The notes under the pieces: model-generated
The model's input: only the letters and a program-made list of their open reading frames with translations
Told to the model about the DNA's origin: nothing
The model's database searches: none
Part shown: one piece after another, positions 9,942-19,747 of the stretch
Layout: every line of letters starts with the position of its first letter
How positions within the stretch are numbered: position 1 is the first letter of the stretch
From: Actinomycetes bacterium
GTDB taxonomy: Bacteria > Actinomycetota > Acidimicrobiia > Acidimicrobiales > Acidimicrobiaceae
Length of the DNA: 64,000 nt
Direction: 5' to 3'
Assembly: GCA_021847985.1 (NCBI GenBank)
Contig: JAJZNF010000193.1
Coordinates: 21,866-85,865 of the forward strand
Translations under genes and position numbers: made by a program

Positions 9942-10886
9942 ATGATCGCTGTCCTCTGCGGCGGAGTCGGGGCCGCCAAATTCCTCGATGGCGCTCTTCG
10001 CGCCTTCGATGGTGAAGAGGTCGTCGCCATAGCCAACGTGGCTGACGATGAGGTCATGCATGGCCTGCACATCTCCCCCGACATCGACACCATCCTTTAT
10101 ACGCTCTCCGGCCAGGTGAACCCGGAAACGGGGTGGGGACTCGCCGGCGAGTCCTGGCGAGTGATGGAGCGCCTCGAGAAGCTCGGTGGCCAAACTTGGT
10201 TCCACCTCGGCGACCTGGACCTGGCCACCCATCTGTACCGAAGCGCGCGCCTCGGGGAGGGTGCAACCCTCACCGAGGTGACGGCCGAGTTGGCTGAGCG
10301 CTACGGCCTTGGCGTGCGCCTGCTTCCCGCGACAGACGGGGACCTCCGTACCATCGTCTCGATCCGCGATAACGACGGCTCCGTACGGGACGTCACCTTT
10401 CAGGAATACTTTGTCAAGCTGAGGCACGAACCCCACGTGAAAGCCGTCTCCTACAGGAGCGCAGGCGTCGTCACTCCCGCCCCGGAAGTTATGGACGCCC
10501 TCGCCACCGCACGGGCGATAGTCTTTGCTCCTTCGAACCCGGTTCTGTCGATCGCCCCGATCCTGGCGATCGGAGAGATTGCCGAGACGGTCGCCAAGCG
10601 CCGAAACGACGTGGTGGCTGTGACGCCAATAGTCGAGGGCCGCGCGATAAAGGGCCCCGCGGATCGAGTGCTGGATTCACTGGGTTTCGAGTCGAGTGCC
10701 TTGGGAGTGGCGCGCTTCTACGCGGACTACTCGGGTACCTTTGTCCTTGACACGAGGGATTCCGAGCTGGCCGGCAAGATTTCATCCCTGGACATTCGCG
10801 TTAGGCATACCGACACGATCATGCACGACACGGCCACAAGGACGGCACTCGCCGAATTCGTGCGCGGAGTCATCGAGGGGGTCTGA
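9942..10886 (+). CDS. cofD: 2-phospho-L-lactate/PEP transferase (F420 biosynthesis, CofD/FbiA)
   Basis: GGVGAAKF, GLHISPDIDT, WFHLGDLDLATH, FQEYFV, APSNPVLSI, IKGPA. Confidence 0.95.
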   Translation: MIAVLCGGVGAAKFLDGALRAFDGEEVVAIANVADDEVMHGLHISPDIDTILYTLSGQVNPETGWGLAGESWRVMERLEKLGGQTWFHLGDLDLATHLYRSARLGEGATLTEVTAELAERYGLGVRLLPATDGDLRTIVSIRDNDGSVRDVTFQEYFVKLRHEPHVKAVSYRSAGVVTPAPEVMDALATARAIVFAPSNPVLSIAPILAIGEIAETVAKRRNDVVAVTPIVEGRAIKGPADRVLDSLGFESSALGVARFYADYSGTFVLDTRDSELAGKISSLDIRVRHTDTIMHDTATRTALAEFVRGVIEGV

Positions 10887-10887
10887 G

Positions 10888-11610
10888 TTGCGCGAGTCCT
10901 TCGAGGCGCCGGCATTGCGGATCATCGGCATACCCGGAATACCCGAAGTGAAGGCCGGCGACAACGTCGCCGACCTGATCATGGAGAACTTCGAGCTCTA
11001 CACGAACGACGTGGTGGTCGTGACTCAGAAGATCGTCTCCAAGGCCGAAGGGCGGGTCGTGGCACTGGACCCGAACCGCTCGGCGGAAGAGCAGATCGAG
11101 GAACTAATCCGTTCGGAGAGCAGGCGCATCCTCCGACAAAGGGGAAGCCTCTTCATCACCGAGACCAACTTCGGCTACGTCTGCGCCAACGCCGGGATCG
11201 ACCAATCCAACGTCCCGGAGGGGACGGTGGCGCTGCTGCCGCGCGACCCTGATCGTTCCGCCAGGCGCATCCGCGACCGCATACTTGCCAAGTCGACCAA
11301 GCGCGTCGGAGTGATAATCTCGGACACATTCGGCCGCACATGGCGTCAAGGCCTGACAGACGTGGCGCTCGGAGTCGCGGGCATCGCTGCGGTGGTGGAT
11401 CTGCGCGGAGTGCCGGATGCGAACGGCAGAACGCTAAACGCGACGCAAATTGCGCTCGCCGACGAGCTCGCTGGTGCGGCGGAGCTCGCCAAGCCAAAGG
11501 GAGGCAGAGTCGGAGCGGTTGTCATCCGCGGCGTCTCCAGCGAGCACTTTCGCGAATCCTCGGTCGCGGAGGAGCTGCTGAGGCCGTACGGCGAGGACCT
11601 CTTCCGCTAA
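10888..11610 (+). CDS. cofE: Coenzyme F420-0:L-glutamate ligase (CofE; no C-terminal nitroreductase domain)
   Basis: QKIVSKAEG, CANAGIDQSN, LLPRDPDRSA, SDTFGRTWR, ADELAGAA, DLFR terminus; TTG start just after the cofD stop. Confidence 0.93.
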   Translation: MRESFEAPALRIIGIPGIPEVKAGDNVADLIMENFELYTNDVVVVTQKIVSKAEGRVVALDPNRSAEEQIEELIRSESRRILRQRGSLFITETNFGYVCANAGIDQSNVPEGTVALLPRDPDRSARRIRDRILAKSTKRVGVIISDTFGRTWRQGLTDVALGVAGIAAVVDLRGVPDANGRTLNATQIALADELAGAAELAKPKGGRVGAVVIRGVSSEHFRESSVAEELLRPYGEDLFR

Positions 11611-11617
11611 AGGGACC

Positions 11618-12616
11618 TCAGTCCTCCGTTGCGCCATCCGATTGCCTGGGGGACCTGCGCAGGAAGTACTCTTCCGGATTGGCGCGGTACCAGTCCACCA
11701 GCGAGCTCACCCCGGTCTCCAGGTCCGTGAAAGGCCGCCATCCCAGCTGAGTAGCCGCTCGCGAGGCATCCAATGAGGATCGCACGATGTCGCCCGGTCT
11801 GGCCGGAGCCATCCGCGGCCTCAAGGTGGAGCCCGAGGCCCGCGCGATCAGCTCGTAGAGGCCCACCACCGAGGTCTCTCTACCCGTTCCGACGTTTACT
11901 ACCAGGCCGCCGCCATTGTCCATCGCTCGAACGAGAGCGTCCACGACATCGGCAACGTAGACAAAGTCGCGCGTCTGCTTGCCGTCACCGTAGATCGTGC
12001 TCGGCCGTCCAGTCAGGCAGCGCTCCGTGAAGATGGAGATGACGCCCGACTCCGAGGCTCCGCGCTGCCGGGGACCGTACACGTTGGCGAAGACGAGCGC
12101 GGTGTATTCCAAATCCCGGCTCCGGCGATAGACATCCAGGTAATCGATGGCAGCCCTTTTCGAAGCTCCGTATGGCGAGCTCGGCACCAGGGGAGAGGTC
12201 TCCTGGATAGGCAGTTCGCTCGCCGCGTCGCCATAGATGGCGGCGGAGGCCGCGAAGACGATCTTGGCACCGCCTCCGGTGAGGGCAGCTTCGAGCACCC
12301 TCAAGGTGCCTCCGAGGTTGACCGTCAGATCTTCGAAAGGGTCCTCCATGGAGCGGGCCACGTCACTGCGCGCCGCCAGATGAAAGATCACGCTTGGTCG
12401 CCGCCGCTTTGCCAGTTCCGCCAGGGCGGGCGATCGGACGTCCATCTGGTGGAACGAGAACTGTCCGTGGCCCCCCGACCTTGCTTGGGCAAGGTTGGAC
12501 AACCTCCCGGTGGAGAGGTCGTCGACGACATCGACGCCATAGCCGAGCGCCAACAGCTGGTCAACCAGGTGGGAGCCGATGAATCCGGCTCCGCCGGTAA
12601 CCAGGACACGGTCCAT
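11618..12616 (-). CDS. NAD-dependent epimerase/dehydratase (UDP-glucose 4-epimerase-like)
   Basis: TGGAGFIGSH, YGASK, NVYGPRQ, GDGKQTRDFVYV. Confidence 0.88.
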   Translation of the reverse strand: MDRVLVTGGAGFIGSHLVDQLLALGYGVDVVDDLSTGRLSNLAQARSGGHGQFSFHQMDVRSPALAELAKRRRPSVIFHLAARSDVARSMEDPFEDLTVNLGGTLRVLEAALTGGGAKIVFAASAAIYGDAASELPIQETSPLVPSSPYGASKRAAIDYLDVYRRSRDLEYTALVFANVYGPRQRGASESGVISIFTERCLTGRPSTIYGDGKQTRDFVYVADVVDALVRAMDNGGGLVVNVGTGRETSVVGLYELIARASGSTLRPRMAPARPGDIVRSSLDASRAATQLGWRPFTDLETGVSSLVDWYRANPEEYFLRRSPRQSDGATED

Positions 12617-13683
12617 CAGTCAGGAATCCTTTGCGCTACCAGGCGGTCACCCCGGGCAATCGGAGCGCCTTTGGCAAGCACCGACCCCTCGTCGAGCACC
12701 GCCTCCGGCGGGACCACGCCTCCCACGCCCACGATCGAGTCGAGCACCTGCGCGTAGCGGGCGACGGTCGCGCCTGCCATAACCACCGACTTGACCACCA
12801 AGCTGCCGGCCTCGATGACGGCGTCTGGGCCGACAACAGATGCGACGATCCTTGCCCCGGGGTCGATGCGGGCACTCTTTGCAACCAGGGAGTCCCCTAC
12901 CAGTTCAAAGCCGGCCGGAGTGGCTCCCACCAGGTCGATCTCGGCGGCACTCGCCGCGCCGCCGTCACCACGGACAAGCACGGAGAGGAACTCGAGATTG
13001 ACGGTTCGAAAGTTGTCGACGGTGCCGGCGTCGATCCAGAAGCCGTCGAATGGCAGTGCAAAGAGTTGGCCACGGCTGACCAGCAAGGGAAAAACGGCCT
13101 TCTCGATGGAAGCTCTGCCGCCAGGCTCGACGGATGCCAGCGCCTCCGGTTCGAGAACGTAGATCCCCGCATTGATGAGATTGCTGGGAGCGTCCTCGCG
13201 CCTCGGCTTCTCGACGAAGGCCTCGACCCTGCCGTCCCCGTCAGTCGCGACGACACCGAAGGCCGAAGGGTCATCCACCGGGATGAGCGCGATAGTGGCA
13301 AGGCCGGGGTTGGCGCGATGGGCCTCCATCAACGCCGAGATGTCGAAGTCGCAGAGGATGTCGCCGTTCACAACGAGGAAGGTCTCCTGCAAACCGGCGA
13401 AGTCGGCCGCAAAGCGAATGCCGCCCGCGGTGTCGAGCGGCTCGGGCTCCACTGCGTAGACGATCTCCACACCGGAGACCTCCCCGGCCGGGAAGGCCTC
13501 GAGAAACACGTCCGGGCGGTAGCCCATGGAAAGCACGACGCGGTCGACGCCGAATGAGGCGAGCCGTTCCACCACACGCTCCAACATGGTGACCCCGGCG
13601 ACGCAGAGCATCTGCTTGGGAATCTCGTGGGTGAGCGGCCTAAGCCTTGTGCCCATCCCACCTACCAGCACCACGGCCTGCAA
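12616..13683 (-). CDS. NDP-sugar pyrophosphorylase (mannose-1-phosphate guanylyltransferase-like)
   Basis: LVGGMGTRLRPLT...PKQML, EPEPLDTAGG, NGD, FVEKP, INAGIY; C-terminal left-handed beta-helix repeats. Confidence 0.88.
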   Translation of the reverse strand: MQAVVLVGGMGTRLRPLTHEIPKQMLCVAGVTMLERVVERLASFGVDRVVLSMGYRPDVFLEAFPAGEVSGVEIVYAVEPEPLDTAGGIRFAADFAGLQETFLVVNGDILCDFDISALMEAHRANPGLATIALIPVDDPSAFGVVATDGDGRVEAFVEKPRREDAPSNLINAGIYVLEPEALASVEPGGRASIEKAVFPLLVSRGQLFALPFDGFWIDAGTVDNFRTVNLEFLSVLVRGDGGAASAAEIDLVGATPAGFELVGDSLVAKSARIDPGARIVASVVGPDAVIEAGSLVVKSVVMAGATVARYAQVLDSIVGVGGVVPPEAVLDEGSVLAKGAPIARGDRLVAQRIPD

Positions 13684-13795
13684 CGAGCCTCCTCAGTTAC
13701 CTCTGGAGCGCGGGAAGCGGGGAAATCAGCGCTCACTTATCTTAGTATTCCGGCCAACCCCCGAGCGGCCCGGATCCCGAATGCCGGTATCCAGC

Positions 13796-14527
13796 TCAGC
13801 CCGCAGCGGTCGAGGTGGTCGGCGACGGCACCGTGGTGGCCGGCGAAAGACTTGGCACCGTCGTGGTCGTCGAGGAGAGCGCCTGCGTCAAACCTAGATT
13901 CACCAGAGCCTTGGTCGAGTCCGGCTTGGGCAGCGACGAGCCCTTCGCGACCAGGCCGACGGAGATCAACTGCTGGTCTGCAAATCTGATGTTGGCCGGA
14001 TTGCCGGTGTAGACCTTGCCCGCGGAGAGGAGCGAGGACCAGACCTTCACCTGGATGGTGGCCGGCTTCCCATTGCACGTGCTGCTGGAGGTAATGGCGG
14101 CGTGGCCAGGATAGAAGATCTTGCCGCCGGAAAGATACAACCCGCTGTAGCCGAGCACGAACTTGCCCAACGTAGCGTTCGAGCCCTCGTTCAGCGCACT
14201 GCGCGGCTGCACGGTGATCAAGCCGTTGCCAGTGGTGTAGAAGGAAAGCGACGAGGTGTTCTTCTGGGCCTTCAGGTTCGGGAGGAACGCGTTGCAGTCA
14301 TAGACGCCGAAGGCGACGTGCCAGGTCTGGCCCACTCGTGGCGGAGAGCCGGCTGCGCCCGACGGGTGAAGGCGCTCGTAGCGTGAGTAACCGACAACAA
14401 AGATCCCAATGACGATGATCAGGGCGAGAGACGTGTAAAAGCCCAAAGGCGCCTCACCCTTGCGCGTTCTGCTGCCGCCGGTAGCCGCCGCGCGCGCTAC
14501 CCGCTTGCCAGTCGATCCCTTGGCCAT
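13796..14527 (-). CDS. Hypothetical membrane-anchored protein
   Basis: Basic N-terminus (KRVARAAATGG), one TM helix, WHVAFGVYDC motif, Thr/Pro-rich tail. Confidence 0.75.
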   Translation of the reverse strand: MAKGSTGKRVARAAATGGSRTRKGEAPLGFYTSLALIIVIGIFVVGYSRYERLHPSGAAGSPPRVGQTWHVAFGVYDCNAFLPNLKAQKNTSSLSFYTTGNGLITVQPRSALNEGSNATLGKFVLGYSGLYLSGGKIFYPGHAAITSSSTCNGKPATIQVKVWSSLLSAGKVYTGNPANIRFADQQLISVGLVAKGSSLPKPDSTKALVNLGLTQALSSTTTTVPSLSPATTVPSPTTSTAAG

Positions 14528-14610
14528 ATGTGCTGCTTACCCGCCTTGAAGTCCGGTTTGACCCCTAACACTCTATCGGAACCCGCCCACATGCCACCGT
14601 GTGGTATCGG

Positions 14611-15507
14611 CTACCGCGGCGAGCCCTTCATCGCCTTGGCGGCAACTCTGAGAGAGCCGATCGCCAAACGCATCACGGCTCCGGCGGCAACCAGCGGCAG
14701 TGCCAACCTGGCCGGTCCCTCCAGGGTCTGATCCGCGTATCGCCACAGGGATACGGAGTGCTGGGCAAGGACGAAATAGGGCCGCAAGACGGACGACCTC
14801 CCCTGGTGATGGACGACGACGGCTTCGGGCTCGTAGCCGATCTGATATCCCTTGCGTATTAGGCGCCGGCAAAGTTCCACATCCTCCAGGAACATGAAAT
14901 AACGGTCGTCAAAGCCACCGATATCCAAGAAGAGCCGCCTGGGCAGCATCAGGAAGGCCCCGGATGCCCAGCGGTCGCCGCCCAGGGGTGCTTCGGAGGC
15001 GGAGCGATAGTAGCGGCTGGCGGGATTGGACGGCCAGACCAACCCGAGCGAAGCATGCAGCGCGGATATCCAAAGGCTCGGAAAGCGCCTGATGGACGGG
15101 TAGCGGCCGCCCTGGGAGTCGAGAATCGTCGGGGCAACCACACCGGCTGCCGGATTCGCCGCCAGAAAGGCGGCAAGGGCGCCGAGCGCGCCCGGTGTAA
15201 CGCTGCAATCAGGATTGCAGATTGCGAGCAGCTCTCCTCCCGCCGCCTGGGCGCCAATGTTCACAGCCCGGCCGAATCCGAGGTTGGCGCCCGTCTGGAT
15301 CACCTCGAGATGGCATGTCGGGTATCTTTCGAGCACCTCAGCCTTGGCGGCGGCGAGGCTGTCGTCTTCCGAGGCATTGTCGACGACCACGACCTCGGAC
15401 GCGCCATCGGCGAAAAGAGATGAAACACAGGATCGGAGAAGGTCGCCGGCGTTGTAGTTGACCACCACGGCCGTAATCGCCGGACCTGGCCCCACTTGGC
15501 CGCTCAA
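14611..15507 (-). CDS. Glycosyltransferase family 2 (WbbL-like rhamnosyltransferase)
   Basis: VVVNYN, VDNASED, NLGFGRAVN, NPD, GGFDDRYFMFLEDVEL; directly downstream of rml genes. Confidence 0.82.
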   Translation of the reverse strand: MSGQVGPGPAITAVVVNYNAGDLLRSCVSSLFADGASEVVVVDNASEDDSLAAAKAEVLERYPTCHLEVIQTGANLGFGRAVNIGAQAAGGELLAICNPDCSVTPGALGALAAFLAANPAAGVVAPTILDSQGGRYPSIRRFPSLWISALHASLGLVWPSNPASRYYRSASEAPLGGDRWASGAFLMLPRRLFLDIGGFDDRYFMFLEDVELCRRLIRKGYQIGYEPEAVVVHHQGRSSVLRPYFVLAQHSVSLWRYADQTLEGPARLALPLVAAGAVMRLAIGSLRVAAKAMKGSPR

Positions 15508-16361
15508 CCAGCGCTCCAGAGTCGTCGGGCAAGCTTGGCCACGGAGTCCCGGTAATCAGGCATGGGCGCCATCCCGGCTATTCGCAGCGCACAGTTGTCG
15601 AGCACTGAAAACGCCGGCCGTGGCGCCTTGCGCGTACCGGCTATCTCCGCGCTGTCGATGGGCACCACCCTGCCCTGGTCGGCCCCCACTTCACCGAAGA
15701 CGAAGCGCACCAGTTCGTACCACGAAAGATGCCCTTGGTTGCTCACGTGGAAGACGCCGCTCATGTCCTCCAGCAACAATCCGGCCAGGGTCTTGACCAG
15801 ATCCTCCACCACCGTCGGCGATCCGACCTGATCGGCCACGAAGCGCACTTCGCCCTCGGCGCGGGCAAGCGACAAGATCGTCTTCAAGGTGTTGCGCCCG
15901 TAGCGGCCCATCACCCACGACGTTCGCACGATCAAATCGTGCGCCTCGAGCTCCGATTCACCAGCGAGCTTCGACTTCCCGTAAACCGAGACGGGCGAGG
16001 TCGGGTCCCACTCCCGGTACGGGGACGAGGCCTTGCCGTCAAAGACGTAGTCGGTGGAGACGTAACAGATCCGCGAGCCGGCGCGCCGGGCCGCCTGCTT
16101 GAGATAGCGGACTGAAAGCGCGTTGGCCAGGTACGCGCGGTCGGGATCATCCTCGCAGGCGTCTACGGCGGTCATGGCACCCAGGTGGACTATCCAGTCC
16201 GGGCCAAGCCCCGCCACAGCATCAAAAACCTGGCTGCGTTCGGTGAAGTCCAGCTCCTGACGCGTGGTGCCCACTACCTCGCCGAAGATTGGGTGAGCGG
16301 CCGCTTCCTCCAGGAACTCCTTGCCTACCTGCCCACCCGCGCCGGTCACCAGTAGCCGCAC
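15504..16361 (-). CDS. rfbD: dTDP-4-dehydrorhamnose reductase
   Basis: GAGGQVG, TAVDACE, STDYVFDG, YGKSKLAGE, DQVGSPT, APRPAFSVL. Confidence 0.95.
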   Translation of the reverse strand: MRLLVTGAGGQVGKEFLEEAAAHPIFGEVVGTTRQELDFTERSQVFDAVAGLGPDWIVHLGAMTAVDACEDDPDRAYLANALSVRYLKQAARRAGSRICYVSTDYVFDGKASSPYREWDPTSPVSVYGKSKLAGESELEAHDLIVRTSWVMGRYGRNTLKTILSLARAEGEVRFVADQVGSPTVVEDLVKTLAGLLLEDMSGVFHVSNQGHLSWYELVRFVFGEVGADQGRVVPIDSAEIAGTRKAPRPAFSVLDNCALRIAGMAPMPDYRDSVAKLARRLWSAG

Positions 16362-16388
16362 GTCAAGCCTCCCGTTCCTCCCAGGCCC

Positions 16389-17390
16389 TCACTTGCTCCA
16401 GGTCCCCTCCTGGACGGGAGCCCGCAGTTTCAGCGGTTCCCACCATTCCCGGTTCTCCGAATACCAGCGGATGGTGTCGGCGACGCCGGTATCGAATTCG
16501 ATCTGTGGGGCCCACCCCAACTCGGACCTGATTCTCGCCGAGTCGAGCAGGTAACGCCGATCGTGGCTGGGGCGGTCAGGGACGATCTGCTTCAGCGAAT
16601 CGTCTTTGCCGAGTTCGGCCAATACCAGGTCGGCGATCTCCATGATGCTCTTCTCCACGCCGGTCCCCACGTGGTAGGTCTCGCCGTCCTTCCCTCGATT
16701 TATGACCAGGTCGATAGCACGACAGTGATCGAGCGCGTGGATCCACTCCCGGCGGTTCTGCGTCGAAGCGTAGAGGGGAAGGGGCTTTCCATCAAGCGCG
16801 TTCGTCGCGAAGAGTGGAATCACCTTTTCCGGGAACTGGTAGGGGCCGTAGTTGTTGGCGCAGTTGGTGATGCTTATCGGGACTCCGTAGGTCAGGTGGT
16901 AGGAGCGGACCACATGGTCGCCCCCCGCCTTGGATGCGTTGTAAGGGGTGCGAGGCCGATAAGGTGACGCCTCCGTGAAACCTGCCGCCTCGTCGAGGTC
17001 CATGTCCCCGTAGACCTCGCAGGTGGAGACGTGGTGGAAGCGCTGCAGCTTGACCTTGCGAACGGCCTCCATCAAGCCCTGGGTCCCCATCACGTTTGTC
17101 GAGAAGAAGCGCCCCGGGTCGATGATGGCCAAGGAGTTGTGGGACTCGGCCGCGAAATTGACGACAACGTCCACCTCGTATGCGCGAAGGACTTCATAGA
17201 CGAGGTCGGTGTTGGCAATGTCGCCCTTCACGAAATGGAAACGGCCTTCCAGCCCCGCCAGCGAGGAAAGCGTGCCGGCGTAGGTAAGGGAGTCGTAGAC
17301 CACCACCTCGTCATCGGGATGCTCCGCGAGCCAGTACCGGACGAAATTCGAGCCGATGAAACCGGCTCCACCGGTAACGAGAATGTTCAT
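16389..17390 (-). CDS. rfbB: dTDP-glucose 4,6-dehydratase
   Basis: TGGAGFIGSNF, LTYAG, FAAESH, YNASKA, NNYGPYQFPEK, DRPSHDRRY; start at ATG 17390. Confidence 0.95.
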   Translation of the reverse strand: MNILVTGGAGFIGSNFVRYWLAEHPDDEVVVYDSLTYAGTLSSLAGLEGRFHFVKGDIANTDLVYEVLRAYEVDVVVNFAAESHNSLAIIDPGRFFSTNVMGTQGLMEAVRKVKLQRFHHVSTCEVYGDMDLDEAAGFTEASPYRPRTPYNASKAGGDHVVRSYHLTYGVPISITNCANNYGPYQFPEKVIPLFATNALDGKPLPLYASTQNRREWIHALDHCRAIDLVINRGKDGETYHVGTGVEKSIMEIADLVLAELGKDDSLKQIVPDRPSHDRRYLLDSARIRSELGWAPQIEFDTGVADTIRWYSENREWWEPLKLRAPVQEGTWSK

Positions 17391-17451
17391 CTGGGCGCTC
17401 TCCAATTCCAATGCAAGGCTTGTTCGCCGCCGGTGCCGACCGGTGCACAGG

Positions 17452-18531
17452 CTACGGCAGTTCGACGATGGAATGGTCCCCGATGACGAGCCGGTTGGCG
17501 CGAGGCTTGAGCTGACGGCGCGACACCAGCGCCTGCTTCCCCAATATGGAGCCCTCCAAGCGTCCGGCATCGATCACCCGGGATCCCTCCAGGACAATCG
17601 AGTTCTCGATCTCGCAGGACTTGAGGGTGCACCCCGGCCCGATCGAGGTGAACGGACCGACGTATGAGTCCTCTATCACGGTTCCGGCACCGATTACCGC
17701 CGGGCCGCGCACCTTGGAACGTACGATCATCGACCCGCGCTCCACCACCACCCTGCCCTCGATGGCCGATTCCGAATCTATCTGTCCATCCAGGCGCACC
17801 TCGACGTCTTCCAGGACGAGCCGGTTCCCCTCCAGTAGCGCCTCCGGCTGCCCGAGGTCCTTCCAGTATCCGGTTATCTGCCGGCTGGAAACCCTGTAGC
17901 CGTTGTCGATGAGCCATTGCACCGCGTCGGTGATCTCCAGCTCTCCCCGGCCGGAGGGACGGATGGAGGCCACCGCCTGGTGAATCGTGGAGTCGAAGAA
18001 GTAAACGCCCACAAGGGCCAGGTCGCTTGGCGGAACCTTGGGCTTTTCCACCAGCGCCCTGACGGCCCCGTCCCCGTCCAGTTCTGCCACCCCGAAACGA
18101 TGCGGGTCCGGCACCTTGGCCAGCAGTATCTCCGCGGCCGTGCCGCCATCCCGCGCGCGGAACTGCGCGGCGAATTCGCTTATGCCTTCCTTGACAAGAT
18201 TGTCGCCAAGGAACATCACGAAGTCCGATTCACCCAGGAAGTCGCGAGCGATGAGCACGCAATGCGCAAGGCCCAGAGGCTTGTCCTGGGGAATGTAGGT
18301 AATGCGCAACCCAAAGGCGCTGCCGTCCCCGACGGCCGCCATCACCTCTTCCCGGGTGTCGCCGACGATCACGCCGACCTCCTTGACACCCGCCGCGGCA
18401 AGCGACTCCAGGCCATAGAAAAGGATCGGCTTGTTAGCCAAAGGCACCAGTTGCTTGGCCGAGGTATGGGTGATGGGCCGCAGTCGCGTGCCGGTGCCAC
18501 CCGCCAGCACCAGGCCTTTCAAATCGGACAT
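17452..18531 (-). CDS. rfbA: Glucose-1-phosphate thymidylyltransferase (long form)
   Basis: LAGGTGTRLRPIT..AKQLVP, PLGLAH, LGDN, PSGRGELEITDA, beta-helix tail. Confidence 0.93.
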   Translation of the reverse strand: MSDLKGLVLAGGTGTRLRPITHTSAKQLVPLANKPILFYGLESLAAAGVKEVGVIVGDTREEVMAAVGDGSAFGLRITYIPQDKPLGLAHCVLIARDFLGESDFVMFLGDNLVKEGISEFAAQFRARDGGTAAEILLAKVPDPHRFGVAELDGDGAVRALVEKPKVPPSDLALVGVYFFDSTIHQAVASIRPSGRGELEITDAVQWLIDNGYRVSSRQITGYWKDLGQPEALLEGNRLVLEDVEVRLDGQIDSESAIEGRVVVERGSMIVRSKVRGPAVIGAGTVIEDSYVGPFTSIGPGCTLKSCEIENSIVLEGSRVIDAGRLEGSILGKQALVSRRQLKPRANRLVIGDHSIVELP

Positions 18532-18548
18532 ACGCGCACCAATATTAC

Positions 18549-19694
18549 TCAGGAGACCGGGAGCCCCAGGCTGCGGGCGATCACGAGGCGCTGAATTTCG
18601 CTCGTCCCCTCCCCTATCTCAAGGATCTTCGCGTCACGATAATGCCGGGCAACCGCGTTGCCTTCGATGAATCCCGCTCCGCCGAATATCTGTGTCGCCA
18701 CGCGCGCGGCATCCATGGCAGCCTCGGTGGAGAAAAGCTTGGCCATCGCCGCGGCCTGACCGAACGGTTGGCCCGTATCCTTCAGCCAAGCGGCCCTATA
18801 GGTGAGTGCCCGAGCGGCCTCGATCCTGGTGGCCATGTCCGCGCACATGAATGCAACCGCCTGGTGCTTGCCGATCGGTCCGCCAAAGGCGTTGCGGGTC
18901 TTTGCGTACTCAAGCGAGGCGTCCAGGCAGCCTTGGGCGAGCCCGACCGCCAAGGCGGAAATGGCCACGCGGCCATCGTCGAGTATCGCGAGGAACTGCG
19001 CAAAACCCCGCCCCGGAGTGCCGAGCAGGTTCTCCGCCGGCACCCGCACTCCATCCAGATAGAGGCCGTGCGTGTCGGAGGCGTGCCATCCCAGCTTGCG
19101 ATAGGCGGGCTCGACCACAAGGCCGGGAGTGCCGGCAGGGACCAGGAAGGCCGATATTCCCTTCTCGGTGCGAGCCGTCACCGTTATTACGGAGGTGATC
19201 GGCGTCCCACTGTTGGTTATGTAAGCCTTCGAGCCGTTGATCACCCATTCTCCGGTCGCTTCGTCAAAGCTGGCGGTGCTTCGGGTGGCACCGGCGTCGG
19301 AGCCTGCGTCCGGTTCGGTAAGGCCGAATGCGCCCAGCGCCTTACCTTCGCACATGTCCGGCAGGTACCTGCGCTTTTGCTCATCAGTGCCGAACGAGTA
19401 GATGGGATTGGCTCCAAGCCCGACCCCCGCGGAGAGCGTGATCGCCATCGACGAGTCCGCCCTCGCCAACTCTTCGATGGCTATGCACAGGGTCGCGAAC
19501 TCCAGGCCCAGACCTCCGTACTCCTCCGGGAAGGTGATGCCAAAAGCGCCGATCTTGCCCAGCTCGAGCACGGTATCCAGCGGGAACTGCCCCTTCTCGT
19601 CCCATTCCTCGGCGTAGGGGGCCACCTTCTCGCGGGCGAAGGCCCGCATCAGCCCTCTGAACTCGTCCTGTTCAGCGGAAAAGCTGTAATCCAT
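18549..19694 (-). CDS. Acyl-CoA dehydrogenase (short/branched-chain type)
   Basis: FGLTEPDAGSDA, NGSKAYITN, KLGWHASDT, RDAKILEIGEGTSEIQR. Confidence 0.93.
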   Translation of the reverse strand: MDYSFSAEQDEFRGLMRAFAREKVAPYAEEWDEKGQFPLDTVLELGKIGAFGITFPEEYGGLGLEFATLCIAIEELARADSSMAITLSAGVGLGANPIYSFGTDEQKRRYLPDMCEGKALGAFGLTEPDAGSDAGATRSTASFDEATGEWVINGSKAYITNSGTPITSVITVTARTEKGISAFLVPAGTPGLVVEPAYRKLGWHASDTHGLYLDGVRVPAENLLGTPGRGFAQFLAILDDGRVAISALAVGLAQGCLDASLEYAKTRNAFGGPIGKHQAVAFMCADMATRIEAARALTYRAAWLKDTGQPFGQAAAMAKLFSTEAAMDAARVATQIFGGAGFIEGNAVARHYRDAKILEIGEGTSEIQRLVIARSLGLPVS

Positions 19695-19747
19695 GGCCTA
19701 GAACCTATCGCCGCCACCGGACCCGGTGGGGGCAAAGTGGAAACCGC

